Source: a phage
Reading direction: 5' to 3' (one strand)
Length of the DNA: 64,000 nt
Sequence record: MZ956763.1
Every line of letters begins with the position of its first letter. Position 1 is the stretch's first letter. Position numbers and translations under genes: made by a program. The notes under the pieces were generated by a model. It searched no databases. It saw nothing but the letters and a program-made list of their open reading frames with translations, and was not told the DNA's origin. Below, piece after piece: positions 49,137 to 57,675 of the stretch.

Positions 49137-49527
49137 AAAAACCTCTCTCTGCTTGTTCGATTTTTGCTCTTAAAGCTTCGCAATGTTGTAAATGGTAGTT
49201 AGCTTCTTGTTCATGTGTTGCTAACTGCCTTTCAAGAACAGTTTTATAATAACCTGCAAGTTGCTCTTTTGTCAATGGGTGCTCTGAAATAATATCAAGT
49301 CCACTTTCACCAAGAGGGTTGAATTGTCCATGTTCGTTGACATTGTAAGTCTCAAACTTGAACAGACCATTGTTCACAGACTCAATAGGTGACAGTTCAA
49401 CAAGCTCTACAGTAAATCGTGTATACACCTTATCACCTCTTGAAACTACATTGTTTCCAACAATGCGTACAAGCGAGCCATTACGAGTGTACTTAAAAGT
49501 TCCAAAGTCACTAGCCCAAAGTTTCAT
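49129..49527 (-). CDS. hypothetical protein
   Basis: 132 aa ORF. Confidence 0.45.
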   Translation of the reverse strand: MKLWASDFGTFKYTRNGSLVRIVGNNVVSRGDKVYTRFTVELVELSPIESVNNGLFKFETYNVNEHGQFNPLGESGLDIISEHPLTKEQLAGYYKTVLERQLATHEQEANYHLQHCEALRAKIEQAERGFYE

Positions 49528-49542
49528 AGTTTTCTCCTTAGA

Positions 49543-49570
49543 AAATAAAAAAGGCTCCCGAAGGAGCCTA
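49543..49570 (-). terminator. intrinsic terminator after lysozyme
   Basis: minus strand reads GGCTCCTTCGGGAGCC then TTTTTT. Confidence 0.55.
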
Positions 49571-49578
49571 TGAAGATA

Positions 49579-50043
49579 TTACTTTGGATATACACTGTCA
49601 AGATAAATGTCAGCTTCCATTCTACGTCTGTTTTTCAGACCGTTTGAAGTGACCTTCTTACCTTTGACTGTAACCTTGTTCCACCATTGCATAGCTTCTG
49701 CACAACCTGCCTTATTACCATCGTTGTGGCGCTTGATAAATGTAGAGTCCTGCATAGCTGTGATGCCAATGTTGTATGTTTCACTTACAAGTGCATCAAA
49801 CTCGTTCTGAGAAGTTGGAACCTTGACGGATTTATTCACTGCTGCAACGAACTTTTCAACATCTGCGAGAAGATACTGTTCAGCTTGTTCAGCCGTGATT
49901 CTCATACCCATCTTAACAGGTTTACCAGCAATACGGATTGTCCCATACCCAATTGTAGGGATTCCGGCAGAATCTTCGTAAGCCTCTAGCTTAAGACCTT
50001 CAAAGAACTTAATAGCTTCTAAGCCTTTTCTTGAGAGTTGCAT
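49579..50043 (-). CDS. endolysin, T4-type lysozyme (GH24-like)
   Basis: 154 aa; N-terminal LEAIKFFEGLKLEAYEDSAGIPTIGYGT matches T4 lysozyme catalytic region. Confidence 0.75.
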   Translation of the reverse strand: MQLSRKGLEAIKFFEGLKLEAYEDSAGIPTIGYGTIRIAGKPVKMGMRITAEQAEQYLLADVEKFVAAVNKSVKVPTSQNEFDALVSETYNIGITAMQDSTFIKRHNDGNKAGCAEAMQWWNKVTVKGKKVTSNGLKNRRRMEADIYLDSVYPK

Positions 50044-51428
50044 TATGCCTCCCCTGCTGGGTTAACTGTAACTGTTGCCGCATTAGATGTTACAGAGCCA
50101 CCTGCACCAGTCACTACACAAGTGTAGCTTCCTGAATCAGCAGTGGTTGCACCTTCTTTGGTGTAAGTTGCAGCAGTTGCATCGAGGATGTCTTCCTCAC
50201 CTTTCTTCCACTGGTAACCTGTCGCACCTGTTGCCGCAACATTCAGCGTTAAGGTCTCACCTTCAGTGATTTCTTGATTGGTTGGCTGTTGAGTGATTAC
50301 TGGAAGTGCATTCACAGTAACCGTTGCTGCGTTAGATGTGACTGTTGTACCACCAGCACCAGTAACTACACAGGTGTAGGAACCAGCATCGGCAGGAACT
50401 GCGTTAGCTTTCGTGTAAGTCGCACCAGTTGCGCTAGGGATGTTCACATTGTCCTTTTTCCACTGGAAACCTTCCGCACCTGTCGCCTCAACACTCAGTG
50501 TCAAAGAGTTGCCCTCATTAACTACCTGATTGGTTGGCTGCTTGGTAATAACTGGCAAAGCATTTACCGTGACAGTTGCAGGGCTAGAAGTAACAGAACC
50601 ACCTGCACCTGTTACAACGCAAGTATATGAACCTGCATCTGCTGGAAGCGCACCAGACTTGCTATAGGTAGCGTTTGTAGCTGAAGGAATGTCAGAGCCA
50701 TCTTTCTTCCATTGGTAACCTGTTGCACCTGTTGCAGTCACTTCCAAGTTGATGTTCCCACCCTCATTAACGGTCTGACCAGAAGGCTGCTGTGTAATCA
50801 CAGGCAGTGCGTTGACAGTAACTGTTGCCGCATCTGAGGTAACACTTGTTCCAGCCTCTCCAGATACAACACAAGTGTATGAACCTGCATCAGAAGGTAA
50901 TACAGACTGTTTTGTGTAGGTTGCAGAGGTGGCACTAGTGATATCCTCACCACCCTTTTTCCATTGATATCCAGTGGCATTCGTTGCAACAACACTTAGG
51001 GTAAGCGTACCACCTTCATTTACTGTTTGATTGGTTGGCTGCTGAGTGATTGCTGGTGGCTTGATAGCATCCTTCAACTTAGCATTCAACATTGAGAATG
51101 GTTTAACTCTTGCCAGCCATTCACAATAAACTGTATCAACATCTTTACCATTGATAATTGCATATTGTAAGTCCATGAAGAAGTCAGAAGTTCTCATTTG
51201 AGCACCAATGCTGTAAAGCAACTCATCACTAAATGGAACTTTGTAGTCTGGTTTGTAGTCAAACTCCTCAACTTCTGCAATATCAGCTTCAGGCCAATAC
51301 GAACTATAGGTAAGCGGTAAAATAGCCTCTTGATATGTTCTAAAATCATATCTCTTACCAGCTTTTACGTTTGCAATGAAGCCCTTCACAAACTCTTTGA
51401 AGTCTGGGTAAGTCTTTGCTTTAATCAT
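50043..51428 (-). CDS. Ig-like domain repeat protein (possible capsid decoration or adhesin)
   Basis: 461 aa; N-terminal about 130 aa domain followed by four tandem repeats of about 80-85 aa each (ITQQPTNQ..NEG..LTL.V.ATGATGYQWKK...DAGSYTCVV). Confidence 0.6.
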   Translation of the reverse strand: MIKAKTYPDFKEFVKGFIANVKAGKRYDFRTYQEAILPLTYSSYWPEADIAEVEEFDYKPDYKVPFSDELLYSIGAQMRTSDFFMDLQYAIINGKDVDTVYCEWLARVKPFSMLNAKLKDAIKPPAITQQPTNQTVNEGGTLTLSVVATNATGYQWKKGGEDITSATSATYTKQSVLPSDAGSYTCVVSGEAGTSVTSDAATVTVNALPVITQQPSGQTVNEGGNINLEVTATGATGYQWKKDGSDIPSATNATYSKSGALPADAGSYTCVVTGAGGSVTSSPATVTVNALPVITKQPTNQVVNEGNSLTLSVEATGAEGFQWKKDNVNIPSATGATYTKANAVPADAGSYTCVVTGAGGTTVTSNAATVTVNALPVITQQPTNQEITEGETLTLNVAATGATGYQWKKGEEDILDATAATYTKEGATTADSGSYTCVVTGAGGSVTSNAATVTVNPAGEA

Positions 51429-51796
51429 TTCTTTTTAGCCTCTAAATGTGCGTTTAGTCTAAAATAACCTTTGTGATGCGGAGATACGTCACCAACAACA
51501 ATACCTTTCACCTTATAACCTTTACCAATTACATACTGGATATCCATAAGAAATCTTCCAAGACCAACAATATGGAACATTGGATATAATAGATTCTCAG
51601 AGTCTGGAATATTGATTTCAGGTTTGTAGGTGCGTTGTTCGCTTGTTGGTGTAATATCTTCTTCAGGCCATTTGCTGAGTCTCCATGTCAAAGGTGTTGG
51701 TATAACATCATTAAGGCTGTACCTTTCACCATTTTGCACGGAATTGATATAGGATTGTAGGAAGCAATAAAAGTCTTTTGCACTCTTAGCTTTCAT
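51425..51796 (-). CDS. paralog of the N-terminal domain of the Ig-like repeat protein
   Basis: 123 aa; shares Y.DF..F....I..V..G.RY....Y........W..W with the N-terminus of 50043..51428. Confidence 0.5.
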   Translation of the reverse strand: MKAKSAKDFYCFLQSYINSVQNGERYSLNDVIPTPLTWRLSKWPEEDITPTSEQRTYKPEINIPDSENLLYPMFHIVGLGRFLMDIQYVIGKGYKVKGIVVGDVSPHHKGYFRLNAHLEAKKK

Positions 51797-51843
51797 TAAA
51801 TATCCTTATAAATAGTTAAAGGGGCATCAGCCCCTATTCACAC

Positions 51844-52434
51844 TTAAGCTTTGGTCTTAAGTAGGTTCTTAAGTTTTTTAAGATTCATACTCTCATCAAA
51901 CTTAAAACCAAATCCATTGACATAATCAATGAACTCGGATTTCTTACTGAGTGACAATGCGTAACTCATATCAAAGTTCTTACTCGTTTCTGCGTCTGGA
52001 CTAGAGTTCACATCAAATGAAATTTCTGTAGGCTCTTGCTTACTTTTCCTCATATTATCAACCAACAAACATGTATAGTTTGCTGGATAGAAGTTTACAC
52101 TGCCATCAACGTAGCTGTACTTATTATTATGGATAAGGTTGGAAAATACCTTAAGGAATGTTTCTGAGTCGTGGCAAACAAGTTTGAATTGGCTGCTCTC
52201 TCCAAGCGCAACTAATGAGTACGGACTTTCACTATCAAAGTTATAATTTGGATTTGATGCCGTCACTGTTACACGCATCAAGTTATTAGCAATAGTCTTC
52301 TGTTTAAAAGAATTTTGAACATAGTGAAGACCTCTATCACATTGATTGACTAGCTCTTTAAGTAGGTCATTTGCATATGGTGAATTAATTGATACAGAGC
52401 CATCACTATTGTAATTAAAACTTACTGTTAACAT
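51844..52434 (-). CDS. hypothetical protein
   Basis: 196 aa ORF. Confidence 0.5.
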   Translation of the reverse strand: MLTVSFNYNSDGSVSINSPYANDLLKELVNQCDRGLHYVQNSFKQKTIANNLMRVTVTASNPNYNFDSESPYSLVALGESSQFKLVCHDSETFLKVFSNLIHNNKYSYVDGSVNFYPANYTCLLVDNMRKSKQEPTEISFDVNSSPDAETSKNFDMSYALSLSKKSEFIDYVNGFGFKFDESMNLKKLKNLLKTKA

Positions 52435-52661
52435 TTTTCAGTTCTCCTGCGATTTATAATTTTGCTGCAATAGAGAAACGAAGTAAACTCACTGGAAGAA
52501 ACCATTAAGTGTTGTTCACTAGATTGAGCCATTGCCCTGAAATACATTCCAGTCAAAGCATCATAGTGACTATTCTTTCCAATTGAGGTTATATAGCCAT
52601 GACTCTTTGCAGTTTGATATAAATCTATAATATCTGCGATTTCTAATTGGGAACTACACAT
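52428..52661 (-). CDS. hypothetical protein
   Basis: 77 aa ORF. Confidence 0.4.
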   Translation of the reverse strand: MCSSQLEIADIIDLYQTAKSHGYITSIGKNSHYDALTGMYFRAMAQSSEQHLMVSSSEFTSFLYCSKIINRRRTEKC

Positions 52662-53053
52662 AGATAATCCTCTTGTCTTCTGTAATTTTGAAAGAACAGG
52701 TACAGACCAATTTCAGAGGATGAATAGTAGATTAACTCTACCCTTTTTGATTCCTTACAGTGATTGGTATTCTTACCTTTCTTCGGTTTATTTGATTTTC
52801 TCATTAAGTCTCCTTTGTAGAACAAGGCAGACCTACAGCTTTAAGTAAGATGGTACAGTAATCCATACAACAAGTCAAGAACTATTGCAAGTTAAAAAAG
52901 TTGTTGACAAAGTACTTGACAAGGTGTAGGCTTATAAATACTTAGAAGATAACTTAAAAGGTTCCTCTAAAAAGGCTATTTAAACAGATATCTTTCTGGA
53001 TATCTATCTTTTATCTTAAAAGCCTTTTAAGAGGTCTTATAAGAGGCACACCA

Positions 53054-53425
53054 ATGAAAAACAGAACAAACAAAGGCCAGTTTAAAAAAGGCCAGTCTGG
53101 AAACCCATCTGGAAGACCCAAAGGCTCTCGTAACAAAAGTTCACTCGTAAAAGCTCAACTGACCATTGATAATTCTGCTGAGTTTGCTGCAAAGTTGTTT
53201 GAGGCGATTGTTACAAGGGACGCTGCTAAGCTTGCAGAGTTCGGGTTAAACACAGATGACGTAACCATCAAGAGTATGATTGAGGTCGGTAAAACTATCT
53301 TTACTCACTCAGCAGGTGAGATGAAAGCACTTGCAGCAGACACTAAGAAGACTCCTGATAATGGTGGTCAACAACAGACAGATAACAAACCAACGTTCTC
53401 TGCTGTAGCGACTCTCAAAAAATAA
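53054..53425 (+). CDS. hypothetical protein with basic N-terminus
   Basis: 123 aa; N-terminal KGQSGNPSGRPKGSRNK. Confidence 0.45.
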   Translation: MKNRTNKGQFKKGQSGNPSGRPKGSRNKSSLVKAQLTIDNSAEFAAKLFEAIVTRDAAKLAEFGLNTDDVTIKSMIEVGKTIFTHSAGEMKALAADTKKTPDNGGQQQTDNKPTFSAVATLKK

Positions 53426-53506
53426 TTTTAAAAGGTGTTGACAGACTCTACAAAGTTACTCTAAAGTCTGTCACATCAAACAACAAATGAGAGAAGAGAG
53501 TAAAAT

Positions 53507-54922
53507 ATGAGCGAGTTATTTAAACATGCGCACCTTCATGCAGGTCGAACTGAAAATGGTGCTGTAAACCATACTTCATCAATGTCTGCTCTGGTAGACT
53601 TCTACAAAGCTGCTGGTTCAAGCCGTAGCAATGTAGAAATCTTACCAGACCTGTTCTACAAAGCTTTGCATGAGGATGTTGATGTTGCAGTTCGTATTTT
53701 ACTGCATATGCGAGATGTACGAGAAGGTATGGGTGAGCGTAAAGCCTTCAGGACTGTTTTGCTTCAAGCAATTGAAGATAAAGTTTTAGAGTCTACACAG
53801 GTTCTTCGCATTATGGATAAGATTGCAGAACTTGGTCGTTTTGATGACTTCAAAATCTTCGTAGGTACTCGCTTCGAGACAGATGCCTTCAAACATTTAG
53901 AAGCAGCATTACTAGACCCTGCAACAGCAGGTTTGGCAGCTAAGTGGTTGCCACGAGTCAAACCACGTCACAAACAGTTTGTAAAACGTTTCTGCAAGTT
54001 TGCCAACTTGAGTGAGAAAGAGTACCGCACACTGTTGTCTGCACTATCTGATACAGTTGAGCAAAAAATCTCTGCTAATGAGTTTGGCAAGATTGACTAC
54101 AGCAAGATTCCTTCACTTGCTGCTGCACGTTACCAAAAACTGTTTAACCGTAAAGATGGAGAACGCTACAAAGCTTACATTGAGTCTTTATCAAAAGGTG
54201 AGACTAAGATTAACGCTGGTGCTGTTTACCCATACGATGTGATTAAATCTGTCAAGCATGGTAATGCAGATGTTGCTAATGAGCAGTGGAAAGCACTACC
54301 AAACTGGATGGCAGAAGGTGAAAACATCTTGTGTATGACTGATGTTTCAAGCTCAATGTCTTGGGTGAATTTTGGCTCCATTACTGCTCTGGATATTGGT
54401 GTATCACTTGCATTGTATGTGGCAGAACGCAATACAGGTTGCTTTAAGAATGAGTTGATGGTTTATTCAACAAACCCTCACTTCATCGAACTTAGTGGTG
54501 ATTTACGAAACCGCCATCGTCAGGTGATGCGACATGTTGAATATGGTTCAACTAACTTACAAGCAGCTTTTGACCGTATTCTTGAGACAGGTAAAAGAAA
54601 CAACTTGACTCAGAAAGATATGCCAAGTAAGCTTATCATCTTCTCCGATATGGAGTTCAATCAGGTTGATGGAGCTAACGGTCGTACAAACTTTGAAGCA
54701 ATTCAGAGTAAGTACAAGAAAGCTGGATACGAAATGCCACAACTGGTATTCTGGTACTTAGCAAACCGTAATGGTACTTGCGAAGTGTCTGTTAAGGATA
54801 ACGGTGTAGCAATGGTATCTGGTTTCTCTCCAGCCACTTTAAAAGCTCTGCTTGGTGGTGAGAAGTTTGACCCAATCAGCGTAATGCTCAAAGCAGTAAT
54901 GATTGACCGCTATATCTGGTAA
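53507..54922 (+). CDS. vWA-domain protein, possible Ro60/TROVE-like RNA-binding protein
   Basis: 471 aa; C-terminal MIDAS-like DVSSSMS; sits immediately upstream of the tRNA/ncRNA cluster; TROVE assignment is inference. Confidence 0.4.
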   Translation: MSELFKHAHLHAGRTENGAVNHTSSMSALVDFYKAAGSSRSNVEILPDLFYKALHEDVDVAVRILLHMRDVREGMGERKAFRTVLLQAIEDKVLESTQVLRIMDKIAELGRFDDFKIFVGTRFETDAFKHLEAALLDPATAGLAAKWLPRVKPRHKQFVKRFCKFANLSEKEYRTLLSALSDTVEQKISANEFGKIDYSKIPSLAAARYQKLFNRKDGERYKAYIESLSKGETKINAGAVYPYDVIKSVKHGNADVANEQWKALPNWMAEGENILCMTDVSSSMSWVNFGSITALDIGVSLALYVAERNTGCFKNELMVYSTNPHFIELSGDLRNRHRQVMRHVEYGSTNLQAAFDRILETGKRNNLTQKDMPSKLIIFSDMEFNQVDGANGRTNFEAIQSKYKKAGYEMPQLVFWYLANRNGTCEVSVKDNGVAMVSGFSPATLKALLGGEKFDPISVMLKAVMIDRYIW

Positions 54923-54939
54923 AAAGTTTTAAAAAGGGT

Positions 54940-54968
54940 ATTGACAATGTGTTTGATACCCTTTAATA
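54940..54968 (+). promoter_or_regulatory. sigma70-like promoter upstream of tRNA cluster
   Basis: TTGACA, 17 bp, TAATAT. Confidence 0.5.
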
Positions 54969-55087
54969 TGTTCTACATAGAAACGAAACGAGAGCTTTTC
55001 TAAGATACTGAAAAATATTTTAAAAAAGTTCTTGACAATCACTAAAAAATAATGTTAAAGTGGTTACATAGAGTTTGAAAAGTTTAT

Positions 55088-55164
55088 CTCTGTTTAGCTC
55101 AGCTTGGTAGAGCGTTCCGTTTGGGGCGGTAAGGCCGGAGGTTCAAGTCCTCCAACAGAGACCA
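55088..55164 (+). tRNA. tRNA-Pro(TGG)
   Basis: manual fold: 7-bp acceptor, D-arm TAGCTCAGCTTGGTAGAGC, anticodon loop TTTGGGG, T-loop TTCAAGT, CCA encoded. Confidence 0.65.
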
Positions 55165-55171
55165 AATTAAT

Positions 55172-55249
55172 GTTCCAGTAGACAAAATGGTAAAGTCACC
55201 ACTCTTTCAAAGTGGATATCTGAGGGTTCAAATCCCTTCTGGAACGCCA
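55172..55249 (+). tRNA. tRNA-Glu(TTC)
   Basis: manual fold: acceptor GTTCCAG/CTGGAAC, anticodon stem CCACT/AGTGG, loop CTTTCAA. Confidence 0.6.
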
Positions 55250-55254
55250 GTTTT

Positions 55255-55330
55255 GACAGAAGACCAATTACAGCAAACTTAATCTTATTCATCTGAAGGT
55301 AAATCGGACAAAGAAGAGATTTGGTCTGGT
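55255..55330 (+). ncRNA. stem-loop element A of a 5-member family
   Basis: 5' CAGAAGACCAATTACAGCAA pairs with 3' TTGGTCTGG; between tRNA-Glu and tRNA-Met. Confidence 0.4.
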
Positions 55331-55340
55331 CATTAAGAAT

Positions 55341-55417
55341 TGCGGGTATAGAGAAAGGGCGTCTCACATGTCTCATTAGCATGGTATCGGCAGGTTCGAC
55401 TCCTGCACCCGCCTCCA
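55341..55417 (+). tRNA. tRNA-Met(CAT), possibly initiator (1-72 mismatch)
   Basis: anticodon stem CATGT/GCATG, loop CTCATTA; T-arm GCAGG-TTCGACT-CCTGC; position 1 unpaired. Confidence 0.5.
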
Positions 55418-55420
55418 AAT

Positions 55421-55488
55421 TTACAGAAGACCGTTTACAGCAATATTTATTAAATTTTTAGCGGAAAAATTGAAAGATACGGTCTGGT
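55421..55488 (+). ncRNA. stem-loop element B
   Basis: 5' CAGAAGACCGTTTACAGCAA, 3' ACGGTCTGG; internal hairpin AATTTTTAGCGGAAAAATT. Confidence 0.4.
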
Positions 55489-55500
55489 AATACTAAACAT

Positions 55501-55577
55501 GGTTAGGAAGCACATAAGGTATGTGCGGTCGCCTGTTAAGCGAATGGCACAGGGTTCGAATCCCTGACTAACCGCCA
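55501..55577 (+). tRNA. tRNA-Asn(GTT)
   Basis: D-stem GCAC/GTGC, anticodon loop CTGTTAA, T-loop TTCGAAT. Confidence 0.65.
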
Positions 55578-55646
55578 AATTTAGGAGAGAAGCGATTGCT
55601 CACCGATTTGTAAGGTGCAAGTCCTTAGCCTGAATAGAAATTAAAT

Positions 55647-55734
55647 GTGTCGTTATCCCGTAGATGGTAGCGGTGGGGACTGTAAATCCCTTGTCATTGA
55701 GACTCGGTAGGTTCGACTCCTACACGGCACACCA
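55647..55734 (+). tRNA. tRNA-Tyr(GTA), long variable arm
   Basis: 88 nt; anticodon stem GGGGA/TCCCT, loop CTGTAAA; acceptor GTGTCGT/ACGGCAC. Confidence 0.55.
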
Positions 55735-55739
55735 ATAAA

Positions 55740-55817
55740 GGCTATGTAGTTTAATAGGGTTAAAATACTCCCCTGTCACGGGAGATGATGTGAGTTCAAG
55801 TCTCATCGTAGCCGCCA
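55740..55817 (+). tRNA. tRNA-Asp(GTC)
   Basis: acceptor GGCTATG/CGTAGCC, anticodon stem CTCCC/GGGAG, loop CTGTCAC. Confidence 0.65.
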
Positions 55818-55902
55818 AATTATAATAAGTATTTCAAAATGATGTTTTGAGAGGGCTATTTAGCCCCTCCCTTAAAGAGTTCTTACGAGTATTCTTTAAA
55901 GG

Positions 55903-55979
55903 AGCAGAAGACCAAATACAGCAAGTTACTTAAAATTTCAAGCCAATTTAATTTTGAAAAATTTAAAACTTGGTCTGGC
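55903..55979 (+). ncRNA. stem-loop element C
   Basis: 5' CAGAAGACCAAATACAGCAA, 3' TTGGTCTGG. Confidence 0.4.
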
Positions 55980-55988
55980 TCAACAAAT

Positions 55989-56123
55989 TTACAGAAGACC
56001 GTTTACAGCAAAACTTAAACAATCTATTTCTCGGTAAAGAAAAGGAGAAGGTTCGATTCCTTCACTCGGCAGATGTCGAGTTGGTGTAATGGTAGCACTT
56101 AAGATGGTAAACAACGGTCTGGT
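55989..56123 (+). ncRNA. Y-RNA-like (YrlA-type) tRNA-mimic element D
   Basis: terminal stem AGACCGTT/AACGGTCT encloses T-arm-like GAAGG-TTCGATT-CCTTC, acceptor-like hairpin ACTCGGC-AGAT-GTCGAGT and D-arm-like GTG-TAATGGTAG-CAC, i.e. tRNA modules in permuted order with no anticodon arm. Confidence 0.45.
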
Positions 56124-56271
56124 AATTATCTTTGTAGATAAGTTATTAAGCTTACCTGTGAGTATGCGACCACAAAGGGTGAAAGGGTAAATTCTAGATT
56201 TAAACCCAAAAAGGCACATCGCTACAGACCTTAAGCAAGTCTGGGTAGCTTATCTACAAAGATAATTTAAT

Positions 56272-56347
56272 GGAAGTGTAGCAGAATGGTGATGCGGCAG
56301 ACTTTTAATCTGACAGGCGATGGGTTCGAATCCCTCCACTTCTACCA
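56272..56347 (+). tRNA. tRNA-Lys(TTT)
   Basis: anticodon loop CTTTTAA; acceptor GGAAGTG/CACTTCT; weak T-stem. Confidence 0.55.
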
Positions 56348-56351
56348 AAAT

Positions 56352-56428
56352 GGTTCAGTCGCAGATAAGGTAATGCAAGGGTTTCATAAGCCCTATGAAT
56401 GTGGGTTCGATTCCCATCTGAACCTCCA
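56352..56428 (+). tRNA. tRNA-Met or Ile2 (CAT)
   Basis: acceptor GGTTCAG/CTGAACC; anticodon stem AGGGT/GCCCT, loop TTCATAA. Confidence 0.55.
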
Positions 56429-56430
56429 AT

Positions 56431-56505
56431 TGTGGGTTAGCATAAATGGTAATGCAAACGGCTGATAACCGTTAGAAGAGGGTTCGATACCCTCACCTAC
56501 AACCA
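56431..56505 (+). tRNA. tRNA-Ile(GAT)
   Basis: anticodon stem AACGG/CCGTT, loop CTGATAA; T-arm GAGGG-TTCGATA-CCCTC. Confidence 0.6.
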
Positions 56506-56520
56506 ATTTCAATAGAGTTG

Positions 56521-56549
56521 TTGACATTGAGATGTGACTACTTTATAGT
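56521..56549 (+). promoter_or_regulatory. sigma70-like promoter inside tRNA cluster
   Basis: TTGACA, 17 bp, TATAGT. Confidence 0.55.
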
Positions 56550-56842
56550 AACTAAAATACTTCACAATATGTATAATTCAAACACCAATACATGAGCGTT
56601 AGACGTAACACAATGTGGGGAAATTTGTTGTACATATTCTGAATAGTTTTCGTTGCGTAGCGTCTATTTTGCAAATTTAAAATAAATGCAAACGACAATG
56701 TTTTTCTGGCAGTAGCTTGATAGGCTAAACACCAGTGAGGTCTTCCAATCCCTCATCAAAGAATTTGGCGTACTCGCCCACGGTATGATTAATAAGGTGG
56801 GCATCTTTAAGGGCTTTCTAAGAGAGTCTTTAAAGATAATTA

Positions 56843-56924
56843 CGGGGCGTATCTCAGCGGTCTTCTAAACCGCCGTTAACCGAGTAAGTGGAGTATGCGG
56901 GTTCGAGTCCTGCCGCCTCGACCA
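56843..56924 (+). tRNA. atypical tRNA-like gene, possibly tRNA-Arg(TCT)
   Basis: good acceptor (CGGGGCG/CGCCTCG), T-arm and a perfect hairpin GCGGT-CTTCTAA-ACCGC, but no canonical D-arm and a 23-nt region before the T-arm. Confidence 0.3.
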
Positions 56925-57067
56925 ATTTAGTTAGCAGATTACTTAGACGACCTAAGCGGGTCTTCCTGTAGGGAGGTGGTCTGTATCTCATGTTTTCCAG
57001 AACATGTAAATAATCTGAGAAGGGGCTTTACAGTGTTGAGATAATACGGTAAGCTTCGAATTATAGT

Positions 57068-57150
57068 GTGGGACGATGTTAAGACTCTAAGGCATGAGCA
57101 ACGGCCTCCAAAACCGTTTCAAAGGGGTTCAACTCCTCCGTCCCATGCCA
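57068..57150 (+). tRNA. atypical tRNA-like gene, possibly tRNA-Trp(CCA)
   Basis: acceptor GTGGGAC/GTCCCAT, T-loop TTCAACT, anticodon-like loop CTCCAAA on stem ACGG/CCGT; D region about 7-8 nt too long. Confidence 0.3.
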
Positions 57151-57163
57151 AAGTCTTATTAGG

Positions 57164-57251
57164 GGTAGGTAGCGGCTAATGGCAGCCAAACAGTCTTGAA
57201 AACTGTTGCCACTGTAGAGATACGGTGAGGGTTCGACTCCTTTACTTACCG
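57164..57251 (+). tRNA. tRNA-Ser(TGA), long variable arm
   Basis: anticodon stem ACAGT/ACTGT, loop CTTGAAA; D-loop TAATGGCA; CCA not encoded. Confidence 0.55.
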
Positions 57252-57407
57252 CCTAATAAGATTTAAAGCCAAGCTTCATTCGGATGTCGCTTTGGTATCC
57301 CGCGTGTATTGTCGTACACACTGATAAAACACCTAGTAGGTGTCACGGAGAAGAGATAATATCAAGCTCTCCAAAGGTTCTAGTCACCGGATTAAACAAG
57401 ACTATGC

Positions 57408-57429
57408 AAAGACCTTTTTAGGTCTTTTT
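57408..57429 (+). terminator. intrinsic terminator inside tRNA cluster
   Basis: AAGACCTTTTTAGGTCTTTTT. Confidence 0.5.
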
Positions 57430-57508
57430 AGAGGGCTTCTAAGGTTATTACAGCTTGTTGTGGAACCTTGTTGCTTAGGTTCTTAGAAGTTCTCTAAAAA
57501 GATTTAAT

Positions 57509-57586
57509 GGGAGATTGACGGTAATTGGTAAACCTACCATCCTTAGAAGTTGGTGTTTGAGGGTTCGAATCCCTTGTCTCCTACCA
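57509..57586 (+). tRNA. tRNA-Leu(TAG), short variable loop
   Basis: anticodon loop CTTAGAA; A73 discriminator; T-arm GAGGG-TTCGAAT-CCCTT. Confidence 0.5.
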
Positions 57587-57593
57587 AATTAAT

Positions 57594-57669
57594 GCAGGTG
57601 TAGCAAAATGGTTATGCGGCTGACTCTTAATCAGTAAGACGATGGGTTCAATTCCCTCCACCTGTACCA
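57594..57669 (+). tRNA. tRNA-Lys(CTT)
   Basis: same scaffold as tRNA-Lys(TTT); anticodon loop CTCTTAA. Confidence 0.55.
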
Positions 57670-57675
57670 GACATT

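Noticed and set aside
52643-52825. 60-aa minus-strand ORF in the divergent promoter region
   Set aside because: Lies in AT-rich intergenic DNA with promoter-like elements and has no SD; likely spurious
55989-56123. Circularly permuted tRNA gene
   Set aside because: T-arm precedes the acceptor and D-arm modules, but there is no anticodon arm and the ends form a long helix; a Y-RNA-like tRNA mimic fits better than a permuted tRNA that would require processing and ligation
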